NCBI GenBank assembly: GCA_002269645.1
Contig: NIVC01001279.1
Coordinates: forward strand, 258,503-322,502
Reading direction: 5' to 3'
Origin: Macrostomum lignano
Lineage: Eukaryota
DNA length: 64,000 nt
This document shows, piece by piece, positions 24,117 to 36,070 of the stretch. A program made the position numbers and the translations under genes. Within the stretch, counting starts at the first letter, position 1. Each line of letters starts with the position of its first letter. The notes below the pieces were generated by a model. The model searched no databases. It saw only the letters and a program-made list of their open reading frames with translations, and was not told where the DNA came from.

Positions 24117-25445
24117 TATTCGGCTTCTTCTAGCAAAGTGGGCTGGCTTCTCCAATTGCAGCTGGGTCTGATATGCACAAAATAGGAGCTCTTGCAACGA
24201 GCGGGCGTCCCAACAGCGCTTGTAGCCTGCGCAGACGAAGCAGCGGCTTGTGGCAGTTTGCTGAGCTCCGACTCGGAACCATATCGAACTTCTAAAGTCT
24301 TCCAAAATCGAGCAGGCTGTTGTTTCTGTTGTTGTGGTTTTGGTTGCTGCTGCTGTTGTTGTTGTTGCAAGTGTCGTCGAGTTGCAGGCGGCGCGAGCAC
24401 CATTGCCAAGTGGCTGCTGTGGCGCCTGACGCAATTGCGATCCACGTCAGTCATTGAGACGGCTTTGCGCAGTAGGGAAGACATCGACGACGGGACTTCG
24501 TCACGGTTCAGCTCGTTTCCAGTGCTTTCTGACCTGTTGTGACGGCTGACTATGGGAAAGCGGAACGGCTGCGGCGTATCTGCGAATGGCATCGTGTTCA
24601 AATTTGTGCTTGAATGTAATCAAACATTGTTTTATCGATTATACAATTTTAGTTTTTCGGGGGGGGGAATAGGAAATGACGCAACTTATGGCAACGTTAG
24701 GCCATGATCGACATTAAGAAACAAATAGTTTCATTTTCCACTCTTCTATTAGGGGTTGAGTAGCTTAGCGGTAAACGGTCGACCGTCTTGGTAGCTCCTG
24801 CACAGAAAATGGCTTTGGGTTTTTCGTGCGATTTATTTCCATGATGACTGCGTACTCCTTATGTACACGCAGAGAAAGAGTACAACAGCCTATCGATGAG
24901 AAAGTCTTTGCTGCTGCACACGCTGTGTGAGTGTGTGCCTGCGCACTTGTCTGTGTAAGTATGCTTGCTCCGGGGCAGTGACATGGGAAGGACTGCTATC
25001 CTTCTCACTGACTCCGAGTTGACTGTCACTTTGAATCCTGACAGAGCTCAAAGCCCAATTAACAACTGGCAATTTATCAGAAAACAGTATTTCGTGCATT
25101 ATTTTAAGCACATCTGAGCATACGCTACCTTGCGAGGAGGAGCTTTCGCTGCAGCTGGACCAGCCATTCTTGTCCGTGCAAGACTCCGCGCTTCCATCGT
25201 CAGCCTCGGAAGTCGAAGCTGAGTCGTCGTCTTCAAGGACGTCGGGGACGTCCGCAGAAATCGATCCTGTTGGCAGCCAGCGCCATCGAGTGCGACGGTA
25301 TTGTTGAAGTTGACGACCTCGACGAGTAGTCTTGCTTGCACTGGACAAGTATTTATCATTTTTTGACTCGGCCTCGTTGTCTTCTTGATCAGCCAGGTTG
25401 GACAAAATCAGCTTGGTTGACTGGTACTGATAGGTCGTTGCGACC
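24116..25445 (-). CDS. Two 3' exons (25445-25129, 24579-24116) of a Ser/Gln-rich low-complexity orphan protein; 5' part unresolved
   Basis: AG/GT boundaries are phase-compatible (SSQ-D-TPQPF). Poly-Q and acidic Ser-rich composition; no recognisable domain. Confidence 0.5.
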
Positions 25446-26239
25446 CTGTTGAGTCGGTTTAAGATTAGACGGCTTCAAAATCTGTGAAGCTGAACGTTGT
25501 TCTATTTTTAGATAAAGTGGTAACACGAGAAATTCTGGACTGTTTAGAAAAAAACGACTACTAAAAACAGTGAAGGAAATTTCGGCATAGAAAAATCGAT
25601 TAACTCACTTTTGTGGCTTCCTGATCACGTATGATGCAAATTAGAAGAAGTACAAACTAAATTCTTAGTTTTTTTTCTTGAGCAGATACTTGAGTATTTC
25701 AATCAAAAGACTTAATACGTCTTGTTATCGATCCTTATTTCCAATATTCCCAAATGCTAACCATGGTTGCCTTTTTTTCTTATCCCAAAGTCACATATTT
25801 CTTTTTCCTAGTTTGGAATGACTTTCGTCTACAAATGTCTCAATAAAAATCGAAATATTTAAAATAGTTGGCCCTATGCAGGCATCAAAATGAAAAAGTA
25901 AATCAAATTAAACGTTCATACTTTGAGTAGAGTATTGTGAGTAGACATCATTCACGCAAAACTCAAGCACCATGCGGTTATACGGTTTTTAACAGCATTC
26001 CCACTAACAGAGTTTATTTTTTGTTTAAAACAAACGCATTTCTCCGGCAACGTGCAAGTATTGTGACTTTAGTGTAGGTAAGCTGTGTAAAATTTAGTTT
26101 GTGGTCTCAGGGGAGTGGGGTTATTGATCTCAAGCGCAAACAGAAGGACTGTTGTTTTAGTGGACCTATAAACCGTTTCAAAGTATTAAACTTGAAGTTC
26201 CTTCCTTTAAAGTTTAAAAGCAAGCCAGTAGTCTTAAAA

Positions 26240-28576
26240 TCAAATAGCAACAGTCCCGTCAACGGTTTTCTGTTTCAAAACTGCTCCGCTGAGTCGGCTG
26301 CTAACGGTGGCTGAAATGCTAAAAAGTACCGCAAATGGCATTCTCGTTTCCATGCTGTTGGGTGTGAAGCTATCATGCATTGGATGTTAAATTTCTATAT
26401 TAGTAGTGCCTCCATGTTGTACGCAACAAACCAAAAGTCAAGGCAGCAAGTCAAACAAAGAACCAAACCACCACGTAATGTATAGTTAGGAGTGAAGGAA
26501 GACCGATAACTGCAGAAAGAAATACAAGCAAGGAGTTTTCTTTCTTAGAGATTGAGTTCATACCTTTGACAGGTAGTACCGCTGACAGCTGAAATTATTT
26601 TTGATGAACGCTTGAATTACTCGTAAAATAGTGCAATATAGCTTGCAGATGATAAACTATGAAGACATCTAATAACTGCGGACAAAGGCAAGACAGAAAG
26701 ATCAACTGTGAACGATAACTATAGTAAGAAATGAAGATCATCTTTAACTGGTCGCTTTCTCGGACGGCTGACCGATTGGAGGCCGCATGCTCGACCGTTT
26801 CCTTGACACCCGCCACCAACCTTGAAGACGCGCTCTGTCGCCGTCGGACGCCCGGCCCATAAAGTTTGGCAGTTGCCGCTGCTGCTGGCGCTGCTGCTGC
26901 TGTTCAGCTGCAGTCGCCGGCCCGCAGACCAGGCGTCGTCTGGCCTGATCGTCTCGGATCCGGTCCGGTCTCTGAGTCTGTCGCCAGTATTGCTTATAGC
27001 TGCTGGTGCTCCACCTTCGAATCGGCTGATGCTGCTGTTGCTGTTGCGGTGGCATCGGTCCCAGGCGGTCCCGCCTGGCCGCCCCCTCCATGAGATCGGC
27101 GTCGTCGAGTCGCATAGCGCGGCACATGAACTCCAGCTGCGACACCGGGTCTCGACTATCTACTCGGCGAAGATTCGTCACCACGAGCTCTTCGGACGAC
27201 TGACGACTCAAACTGGACGGCGGGCCGCGCAGTAAGACGCCAATCTCAAGCCTCGACGATTGATTCAGCTGCTGCTGTTGCAGCTGCAGGTCAGTCAGAC
27301 CCTGCGAGAAACTGCCGGCTCTGAAGCGGACGGCGGCTCGACGCATTCTCGGCGGCAGCGGCGGTGGCGACGTCTGATGGCCATTGTGTTGATGGTCCAG
27401 AGAATCTTTCTTCTGGCAAGGCTCCATGGCTGTGGGTACAGAAAACCTGACACCGGCTGAATGACGCTCCGGAAGCTTGTGCTGCTCCTGGTCCTGCCGT
27501 CGCATGGAAACAACACGCCTAGGATTCGTTCGATAGCTCGATGCCGCTCCAGTGGAAGTGGAAGTGGCCGAGTTATTTGCTGCTTGGCTGCCAGCCATTT
27601 TTTTGGCTACCAATTCTGCTGGTCTGGGTCGTTCCACTGGGTGACTGCTAGCTGAGCTTTCATTCATAGCCACTGCTGCAGCATTATTCTGTTCACTGGA
27701 GTTTTCCGCCCCAGCAGGCTCTGTGCTGCAAGTACTTTTCTTGTCTGGTTGTTTGCAGCCAATAGGGGAGCTTGAATTCTGCTGTTCGCAAAGTGCCTGA
27801 CCTGATTCGTTGTCATGGCAACTGCACTCGCACTGACTGGTTTTTTCTACCGAGACTGCCGACCAAAACTCGTCGCCGTATAGGGTCTCGAAAGACGACC
27901 TGCGCTCCGGCTCCTTGGCCTGACGGTTTCGTCGCGTCAACGGCTCCAAGTAGGGGCTGCTGCGCTCCTCGACGAACTCGTTCGCCTCTTCGTCTGAAGT
28001 CAGAAGGTCTAGCGTCAGTCGTCGATACGTTCGACGCTTTGTCTGTCGTCGGTGTCTTGTCTTAGCTTGTTGGTAAAGTTTCTGCGATGATTGCTGTGTA
28101 GAATCGATCTTTTTAAAGTTCTTGGAAGCTAGCGTTCTGCTGACAGCAGTTGCAGAGATGTCGTTGGGCTGCTCCGGTTTTTTATTGGAAATCTTACTCA
28201 CTGATTTTGTAGCTTCAGAGGGCCCTGTTGATACGCTCGGTCCTAATCCCATGGACTCCTTGCGGGCTAGGCCCACTAGTTGAGCAGCCATTTGAGCATT
28301 GATGTCGGCCACCTTCTGCAGAAACTGACTGTCAGATGCTTCTTCCGCGTCAGACGCTGACTGAGCATCGCTGATGAAGGCTTGGTTGTGCTGGAATGTG
28401 TCTCCAAGCGAGCTCATGTCATCCTCCAGGCCTAGAAACAGTCTTTCGTCGAGGCTTGACAGTGATAGACTGGCGCCTCTGCGCAGATTGGACGTTGCAA
28501 GTCCTTCAGCACTTTTTGCGTCTTTTTGCTTGTGCTGTTGGAGCATTTCTGTCTCTGCGGCTTGTTCTGAAAGCAT
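26240..28576 (-). CDS. Predicted ~608-aa disordered orphan protein; exons 28576-26821 and 26310-26240
   Basis: 1.75-kb open frame in AT-rich surroundings. Donor AG|GTTGGT at 26820 and acceptor TTTCAG at 26311 are phase-compatible. Contains PPPLPPR and poly-Q. Confidence 0.6.
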
Positions 28577-29384
28577 GACGGGGAATTTTTCTGGAAGCGT
28601 TATGGGAAACGTACTTTACTAGAGTCTAGAGATACTGAATATGGTATAGTTGGACGCATGCTACACAGTCCACGAGTGATTTTATATTACACGCTCGTAT
28701 ACTCGGCATATTTAGCTAGCTCAATAAAAGTTGCACCTGCTCATTTGCTCGCAAGGTGTCAGACCGCACATGCTCGATCAAGCATTAGGGACCGAGACAC
28801 GTTGCGACGCACCTGACACAGGTGAAAGATATCTCCCTGACGAATGTATAATAGCGAGTCTAATTACTTCAGTATTTCACTGAAATAATTTTCGCTCTGA
28901 ATGAGAGACGAGTTCAGAGACGAAACTGAAACTTGTATAGAATGTTGCCAAGAATTTTGCCTTATACCAAACAGAGGACCCAACCCGAGCTTCAGTCAGA
29001 CTGAGGGCCATTCTGCAGCTACTCGAAGCTAAGTGGACTGTTTCTAATGCGCACTTTCGGCAAATTAAAAAGGAATGAGAGAGCCAGGGCAATGCATTTT
29101 AGTAGCATGCATACCGAATCCTGAGTGCCTACTCTGAGTTGCAAGAGCTTTCCTCTTAAGTAATAATCTTTTGATTCTTCGAATCATTATAATGCTTGAA
29201 AAATTCCAAACTTCCTTTCTTTATACACTATTACGAGCGTATATTGGGTTTGGAATTAAATCAATTTGAAGTCAGTCGATCTACAACAAAAATGGATTCA
29301 CAATTGGACTGGAGTAAAAGCGCAAAATTCTGAGGGAAAAGTAAGAATAGTTCTTGTTGTTAAAAATCTAATATGAGAGGGAAG

Positions 29385-29990
29385 GGAGACGAGAGAAGAG
29401 CGAGAGCGAGAGCGAGAAGGAAAGGGGGAGAGGGAAAGGGAGAGGGAGAGGGAGAGGGATAGAATAGAGTAGGAGAAGTAGAGAATAGAGTAGATGAGGG
29501 ATAGAGTAGAGTAGGTGAGGGAGAGAGTAGAGTAGATGAGGGATAGAGTAGAGTAGATGAGGGATAGAGTAGAGTAGGTGAGGGAGAGAGTAGAGTAGAT
29601 GAGGGATAGAGTAGAGTAGATGAGGGATAGAGTAGAGTAGGTGAGGGAGAGAGTAGAGAGGTGAGGGATAGAGTAGGGTAGGTGAGGGAGAGAGTAGAGT
29701 AGGTGAGGGAGGGAGTAGAGAGGTGAGGGATAGAGTAGGGTAGGTGAGGGAGAGAGTAGAGTAGGTGAGGGATAGAGTAGAGTAGGTGAGGGAGAGAGTA
29801 GAGTAGGTGAGGGAGAGAGTAGAGTAGGTGAGGGAGAGAGTAGAGTAGGTGAGGGAGGGAGTAGAGTAGGTGAGGAAGAGAGTAGAGTAGGTGAGGGATA
29901 GAGTAGAGTAGGTGAGGGAGAGAGTAGAGTAGGTGAGGGAGAGAGTAGAGTAGGTGAGGGAGAGAGTAGAGTAGGTGAGGGAGAGGGTAC
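29385..29990. repeat. Purine-rich degenerate ~21-bp array (GAGTAGAGTAGGTGAGGGAGA)
   Basis: Read directly. Confidence 0.92.
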
Positions 29991-30766
29991 AGAAGGAAAG
30001 GCAGATTCGGAAGTTGATCAAAGGAGAAAATGAGTTTGAGAAAGGAGAAGTAGGTTTTTAGGAATTATTTCTTACTTTTGAACAACGTTACAAGAAATTT
30101 AGCAATAAAAATCGTACCTGGAATAACTTCAATATCGAATAACTACAAGTAGCTGATCCAGATCAGTATTCCAAGCTATACACTATATACCATGATATAC
30201 AGTTGCTAACCAAGGGAAACTGGTCAGCATTCCACCACCAATCCTTTGGTTAAATCGTTCGCATGCAGATCCAACCCAGATGCCGAATGGTTCAACCCCC
30301 AGACTGTACAGACAGACAGAACTGGTGGGCAGAAAGGAACCAAGAAGATAGGCTGGGAGCGAATGATGGAGATGCCACGGGCTCGGAGTGCCGCCATGTT
30401 CGATACTATTCAAGCCCTGTGGTTGGCTGTTCCACCTCTTTAATACCTCCTCTCTCTCTTCTCTCCTCTCTCCTCTCTCCACTTCTCTCTCCTTTAAATT
30501 TCCTGGCTCCCCTAGAAGCAGATTTTGTCACAAGAACACCTTGAGGGACTTTCTAGCAAATGGCCCCTCCTGTGGGGCTTCGGGGGAATCCAATCCCAAT
30601 TTCAAGTTTTTAAGGAGACTTGTAGCAACAAAGAACTTTTCGAATACACATAGGACAGCATAAACTGAATCTCTTGTTGGCTCAGGCGAGTCAGCCGCAG
30701 TTGCGGTGAATCCTTAGTTGTCAGCTGCCGTCTTTCCTGCTCCTCTTTCACTCACGCCTCTGCTCC

Positions 30767-31830
30767 CTGTCCTGTCCTGTGTGTCCTGTCCTGTCCTGTC
30801 CTGTCCTGTCCTGTCCTGTCCTGTCCTGTCATGTCCTGTCCTGTCCTGTCCTGTCCTGTCCTGTCCTGTCCTGTCCTGTCCTGTCCTGTCCTGTCCTGTC
30901 CTGTCCTGTCCTGTCCTGTCCTGTCCTGTCCTGTCCTGTCCTGTCCTGTCCTGTCCTGTCCTGTCCTGTCCTGTCCTGTCCTGTCCTGTCCTGTCCTGTC
31001 CTGTCCTGTCCTGTCCTGTCCTGTCCTGTCCTGTCCTGTCCTGTCCTGTCCTGTCCTGTCCTGTCCTGTTCTGTCCTGTCCTGTCCTGTCCTATCCTGTC
31101 CTGTCCCGTCCTGTCCTGTCCTGTCCTGTCTTGTGCTGTTCTGTCCTGTCTTGTCCTATTCTGTCCTGTCTTGTGCTGTTCTGTCCTGTCTTGTCCTATT
31201 CTGTCCTGTCTTGTCCTGTCCTGTCTTGTGCTGTTCTGTCCTGTCTTGTCCTATTCTGTCCTGTCTTGTCCTGTCCTGTCTTGTGCTGTCCTGTCCTGTC
31301 TTGTCCTATTCTGTCCTGTCTTGTCCTGTTCTGTCTTGTGCTGTTCTGTCCTGTCCTGTCTTGTCCTGTCCTGTCTTGTCCTGTCCTGTCTTGTGCTGTT
31401 CTGTCCTGTCCTGTCTTGTCCTGTTCTGTCCTGTCCTGTCCTGTCCTGTCCTGTCCTGTCCTGTCCTGTCCTGTCCTGTCCTGTCCTGTCCTGTCCTGTC
31501 CCGTCCTGTCCTGTCCTGTCCTGTCTTGTGCTGTTCTGTCCTGTCTTGTCCTATTCTGTCCTGTCTTTTGCTGTTCTGTCCTGTCCTGTCCTGTCCTGTC
31601 TTGTGCTGTTCTGTCCTGTCCTGTCCTGTCCTGTCCTGTCCTGTCCTGTCCTGTCCTGTCCTGTCCTGTCCTGTCCTGTCCTGTCCTGTCCTGTCCTGTC
31701 CTATCCCGTCCTGTCTTGTGCTGTTCTGTCCCGTCCTTCCCTGTCCTGTCCTGTCCTGTGTGTCCCTCCTATCCTATTCTGTCCTATTCGTCCTGTCCTG
31801 CCTTCTCCTGTCCTGTCTTGTGTCCTGTCC
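30767..31830. repeat. (CCTGT)n pentanucleotide array with degenerate sub-blocks
   Basis: Read directly. Confidence 0.98.
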
Positions 31831-32254
31831 TGTGCTTTCTCCCTTGTTTTATCTTGCCCGCCCTGTTATTTTCTCTGACACAATCATTGCAGCTACTGGG
31901 CAGTTAGTTGAAAATACACAGGCAAATTCGAGCGTACACGGAAAAGCAAAATCTATGCATATATTGTTATTTTAAACGAGATGCCCCTGCTGCTACAGCC
32001 GCAATATCTGTTAGCTAGGGGCTTCGATCTGGAGCTGTCCGGGCTTCTGCACCTCGATTTGTAGTAGATGGCAGGTAGATGGATAGATACATCGCATAGA
32101 TCAGGTGCTGCTGTGCTAATTTGATTGACAAGTTGTTCTGGCTCAACCTTTGGCTTGCTTTGCCTTTTGTTTATTTTTTTGCTATCAGTCGAGTTGTGAA
32201 AACAAGAAATATGGGAATGGGATGGTTAATGGGGGAATGTATTTGGGACAGTGA

Positions 32255-32900
32255 GAGGGAAAAGAAGGTGAGAGGGAGGGAGGAAGAGAGGGAGAGAGGG
32301 AGAGAGGGAGAGGGGGAGAGGGAGAGGGGGATAGGGTGAGGGGAAGAGGGGGATAGGGTGAGGGGGAGAGGGAGAAGGGGAGAGGGAGAGGGAGACAGAG
32401 AGAGAGAGAGGGAGAGAGGGAGTGAGGGATAGAGGGAAAGGGGGTGAGGGGTGAGAGAGGGAGACAGAGAGAGAGAGAGGGAGAGAGGGAGTGAGGGAGA
32501 GAGGGAAAGGGGGTGAGGGGGTGAGAGAGGGAGACAGAGAAAGAGAGAGAGGGAGAGAGGGAGTGAGGGAGAGAGGGAAAGGGGGTGAGGGGGTGAGAGA
32601 GGGAGAGAGAGAGAGAGAGAGGGCACCTCCAATCTCAGGCCCTGACACGGTAGAAAAGACTGACAAAAGTCAATTTAGTTGGATTGCCGATATTTCGAAT
32701 TAGGTAAATTCTTCTTCTGGGCTGGAAGCGAGAGGGGGAGAGGAAAATAGGGAGAGAGAGTGGGGGACAGAGAGAGAGGGGGGAGAGAGGGAGAGAGGGA
32801 GAGATGGAGGAGGGGTGAGAGGGAGTGAGGAGAGGGAGAGCGGGAGGGGAAAGAAATAGAGAGATAGAAAAGATCGAGAGAAGGAAAATGATAGAGAGTG
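32255..32900. repeat. Two GA-rich polypurine tracts (32255-32625 with a ~62-bp higher-order repeat; 32730-32900)
   Basis: Read directly. Confidence 0.9.
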
Positions 32901-33477
32901 CATAGTGAGGCCAGGCACTGAGATTTTGTCTGAATGCCTCAGGCGAGTTTTAACTTTTTAAATTTTAACTTTTACGCTCATAATTTGCTGTATTCAGTCG
33001 GCTGATTAAACGAGTAAAGTCTACTACAAAAAACCACACAATTCACACTATTCAGTATAGTGTGAATTTTAAAATAAAGTAAAATGAACGCACAGCCGCA
33101 TCAGTGCAGCGCCGACTGCACTTTTATAAGCCGTCAGTTTCTTGTTCGTCTACACTGCACTTGCCCGACAGACCTTTCTCGTCTTCGCAAGGTAGACAGA
33201 CAGGAGCTACCTTTGGTCGAATCTCTGCAGCAGCGCCTTGGTGACCATATCTTACTTGCTGGCATTGATCTGAGGCCTGGCGTCTCTTGCGTTTTGATAG
33301 ACTGGGCTGGTTTTGTGACTTGCCATGGAAAGGTCGAATAATGTTGGGATTCGGATTAAATAGCACCTATGGATTAGAGGGTACATGGGAGAGAGAGAAA
33401 GTGAAACTCAATGAAGTAAATGATGAAGTTAATGTCTGTGAATAAAGAGTCAGAAGGGAGAAAATAGTTACATGGAG

Positions 33478-33770
33478 GAGAGTGTCAGAGAAGAGAGTCA
33501 GGAGAGAGTGTCAGAGAAGTGTGTCAGAAGAGAGTGTCAGATAAGAGTCAAGAGAGAGTGTCAGATAAGAGTCAAGAGAGAGTGTCAGATAAGAGTCAAG
33601 AGAAAGTGTCAGATAAGAGTCAAGAGAGAGTGTCAGATAAGAGTCAAGAGAGAGTGTCAGATAAGAGTCAAGAGAGAGTGTCAGATGAGAGTCAAGAGAG
33701 AGTGTCAGATAAGAGTCAAGAGAGAGTGTTAGATAAGAGTCAAGAGAGAGTGTCAGACAAGAGTCAGGAG
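33478..33770. repeat. 24-bp tandem array (ATAAGAGTCAAGAGAGAGTGTCAG)
   Basis: 8-aa periodic ORFs and direct reading. Confidence 0.95.
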
Positions 33771-33934
33771 AAGTATTGGATATTAAATTCGTTTTTCACA
33801 TTTGAAAAAGGATATTTAACTATTTTAGACTTTCTTTTATAAAAATAAATATTTTGATATATTCGGTATACTACTTAGTGAGTAGTTACGTTAAATTTGA
33901 CCTTCAAACGTGCATCAGAGCATTTATCAAATCA

Positions 33935-34090
33935 CAGAGATCACTCTGAGAGATCACACTAGGAGATCACACTAGGATATCACACTGAAAGATCACACTC
34001 GGAGATCACACTGAGAGGTCACACTGAGAGATCACACTGAAAGATCACACTCGAAGATCACACTGAGAGATCACACTGAGAGATCAAACT
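33935..34090. repeat. 12-bp tandem array (GAGATCACACTG-like)
   Basis: Read directly. Confidence 0.85.
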
Positions 34091-34544
34091 GTGTACTTAA
34101 GCAATAGCAGCAGCAGGTGTGCGACACAGCAAGCACACAGTCTCAAGTACATACCAAAAATTTGTCCTGAAGTCCAGGGTAGCATAGAAATTTACACCTA
34201 TCTGAAACTCTGTCTTTGCACTTGAATTCGGTAGCGGTGAGTGGAAATGCCCTTATACTTTCTGCAGCACCCAAAGCACACTTTGAAATGGCTATTTTTT
34301 TTCGAGAGAGTGGGGGGACTGGAATCGATGATAGTCATTGCGAAGAAAGGAGGACTTGGTGTTTGTAGTGTACTGGAATTCTGTCTGGCATAATTCCACT
34401 TTGAGTTCATTGGCCAACTGCCAAGGTGACTGTACCTGTATTTGAATAGCTTAGGTTTGAGGACTACTGAGCATATTAGACTTCTAAGATATGGATTGGA
34501 GGCCAAGCTTCGAATGGAGGCTGGTCAATTAAAAAAACATACTT

Positions 34545-35575
34545 ATCTACTGTACCTACCTACAAACCTACCTATCTAGCTACCCTACCCTTCCCACCTA
34601 TGAATACGTAACAACCTACCTTTCCAGCTACCCTACCTACCTACCTACCTACCCTACCAACCTACCTACCTACCTACCTACCTACCTACCTACCTACCTA
34701 CCTACCTACCTACCTACCTACCCTACCAACCTACCTACCTACCTACCTACCTACCTACCTACCTACCTACCTACCTACCTACCTACCTACCCTACCTACC
34801 TACCTACCCTACCTACATACCAACCTACAAAGCAATCAACCTACCTACGAACCTACATATCTATTAACCTACCTACCTACTAATCTAGCTACCTGCTAAC
34901 CTACCGACCTACTAATCTAACTACCTACTAACCTACCTAACCTACTAATCTAACTACCTGACTAGCCTACCGACCTACTAATCCAACTACCTACTAACCT
35001 ACCTAACCTACTAATCTAACTACCTGACTAGCCTACCTACCAGTACCTACTAATCTAGCTACCTACTAACCTACCTAACCTACTAATCTAACTACCTGAC
35101 TAGCCTACCTACCTACTAATCTAGCTACCTACTAACCTACCGACCTACTAATCTAACTACCTACTAACCTACCTAACCTACTAATCTAACTACCTGACTA
35201 ATCTACCTACCTACTAATCTAGCTACCTACTAACCTACCGACCTACTAATCTAGCTACCTACTAACCTACCGACCTACTAATCTAGCTACCTACTAACCT
35301 ACCTAACCTACTAATCTAACTACCTACTAGCCTACCTACCTACTAATCTAGCTACCTACTAACCTACCTAACCTACTAATCTAACTACCTACTAGCCTAC
35401 CTACCTACTAATCTAACTACCTACTAACCTACCTACTAATCTAACTACGTACTAACCTACCTACTAATATAACCTACCTTACCTACTAACTTACCTACCA
35501 ATTATCTACCTACCTACTCAGCCACATTCCCAACCTACCTAATTACCTACCTACCCCTACTTACCAATCTAACCA
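34545..35575. repeat. (CCTA)n microsatellite grading into a complex CTAACCTACCTACTAATCTA array
   Basis: Read directly. Confidence 0.93.
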
Positions 35576-36070
35576 CCTATATAATACAAGTTCCGACATT
35601 ATTGGTTCTTTTCCTCTAGTCCAGATATCGCTGTACATAAGCAGTCTCTGGAGCTTGGACATTATAGCTAGCTAGGGCTGACGCTTCCTCAATTTGCATT
35701 GAGCTGGATTAGGCCAAAGAGACGCAGATCTCTATTGGTTGAAAGTAATGACCTTGCAGTGAACCTTGCCCACCCACCTCAGCATATCGTGCTCGCACAT
35801 TTGAGCTGTTAAACCCCCAATCGATCAGCGCTCGCGGAAGCCCCTGACAAACCTCTTTTCTCTCTCTAACCCTGTGTACCTCCTCATTCTCGTCCATTTT
35901 GCTGAGCAGTGGTCTCACACTGCTTAAATACACATGGCTACAAATGCTGTATGAACCAAATACCAGTAAAGCAACTGTTGATAGAATATTTATTAAAATT
36001 AACCTGGGCATTGAGGTTGCGTTAGTAATTGAATCCGACAATGCTGAGCTAATAGGAAGGTGCTGTCACA

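Noticed and set aside
33124-33366. KVAPVCLP resembling a trypsin-family motif
   Set aside because: No catalytic His/Asp/Ser motifs nearby; isolated short match.
23793-33842. Long ORFs with SQSV, CPVLS, LSLTYST, SLSP and CQIRVKRE periodicity (also 38623, 55803-56825, 62265, 63445)
   Set aside because: Stop-free translations of simple repeats, open in several frames at once.
35709-36041. Minus-strand ORF with a signal-anchor-like segment, head-to-head with the SEC14-spectrin gene
   Set aside because: No consistent downstream exon chain could be built, and the start lies only 30 bp from the opposite ATG. Left unresolved.
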